This document shows positions 63,764 to 64,000 of a DNA stretch of 64,000 nt, piece after piece. Source of the stretch: Asterias rubens (Eukaryota); the NCBI RefSeq assembly GCF_902459465.1, contig NC_047062.1:15252001-15316000 (forward strand). Direction: 5' to 3'. The notes beneath the pieces were generated by a model that had not been told where the DNA came from, made no database searches, and worked only from the letters and a program-made list of their open reading frames with translations. The number at the start of each line of letters is the position of its first letter. Within the stretch, counting starts at the first letter, position 1. Made by a program: the position numbers and the translations under genes.

Positions 63764-64000
63764 GTGAGTCGACCATAGAGATAAATCAGCAATGCGGCTT
63801 CAGCCCGGTTCATACTTCCTACGAATGTGATACGGTTCAACAACATTATTTATGTTTAGATATGGGGCCATCATTACTGAACTGCAATCTTGGGGAAATC
63901 TGTACTGGGCAAAGCACAGTGTATTTTGCTCAGAGTGTTTGGCGAAATTTGTTAGTTCTGGGCAGGCCCTCCCAGCACTGCCCACCATGGTGACAACACT

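Overview
Eukaryotic genomic DNA: AT-rich, GT-AG introns, many MITEs and SINEs. It is probably an invertebrate deuterostome such as a sea star (inference, not verifiable here). Four spliced genes could be reconstructed exon by exon with consistent reading phases, arranged as two head-to-head pairs. (1) A BTB-BACK protein with a MATH-like C-terminus (minus, CDS 9590->2609). (2) PNPT1, mitochondrial PNPase (plus, 25 exons, 19203-34389, 774 aa). (3) A d4/DPF-family BAF subunit (minus, 9 exons, 57543->38116, 392 aa; first exon less certain). (4) A BUB1/BUBR1 'MadBub' gene (plus, from 57844, 9 exons visible, continuing past the window). Introns hold TTAA-flanked MITEs, a group of CAGG-ended MITEs with 6-bp target-site duplications (TSDs), Mutator-like elements, tRNA-derived SINEs and LINE relics. 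The most interesting signals are an apparently intact minimal hammerhead ribozyme and related Penelope-type hammerhead motifs, a 1.2-mer circularly permuted tRNA-like retro-insertion nested in a MITE, and a repeat-poor orphan block of about 4 kb that may be an antisense non-coding exon. No CRISPR array, prokaryotic or viral system is supported.
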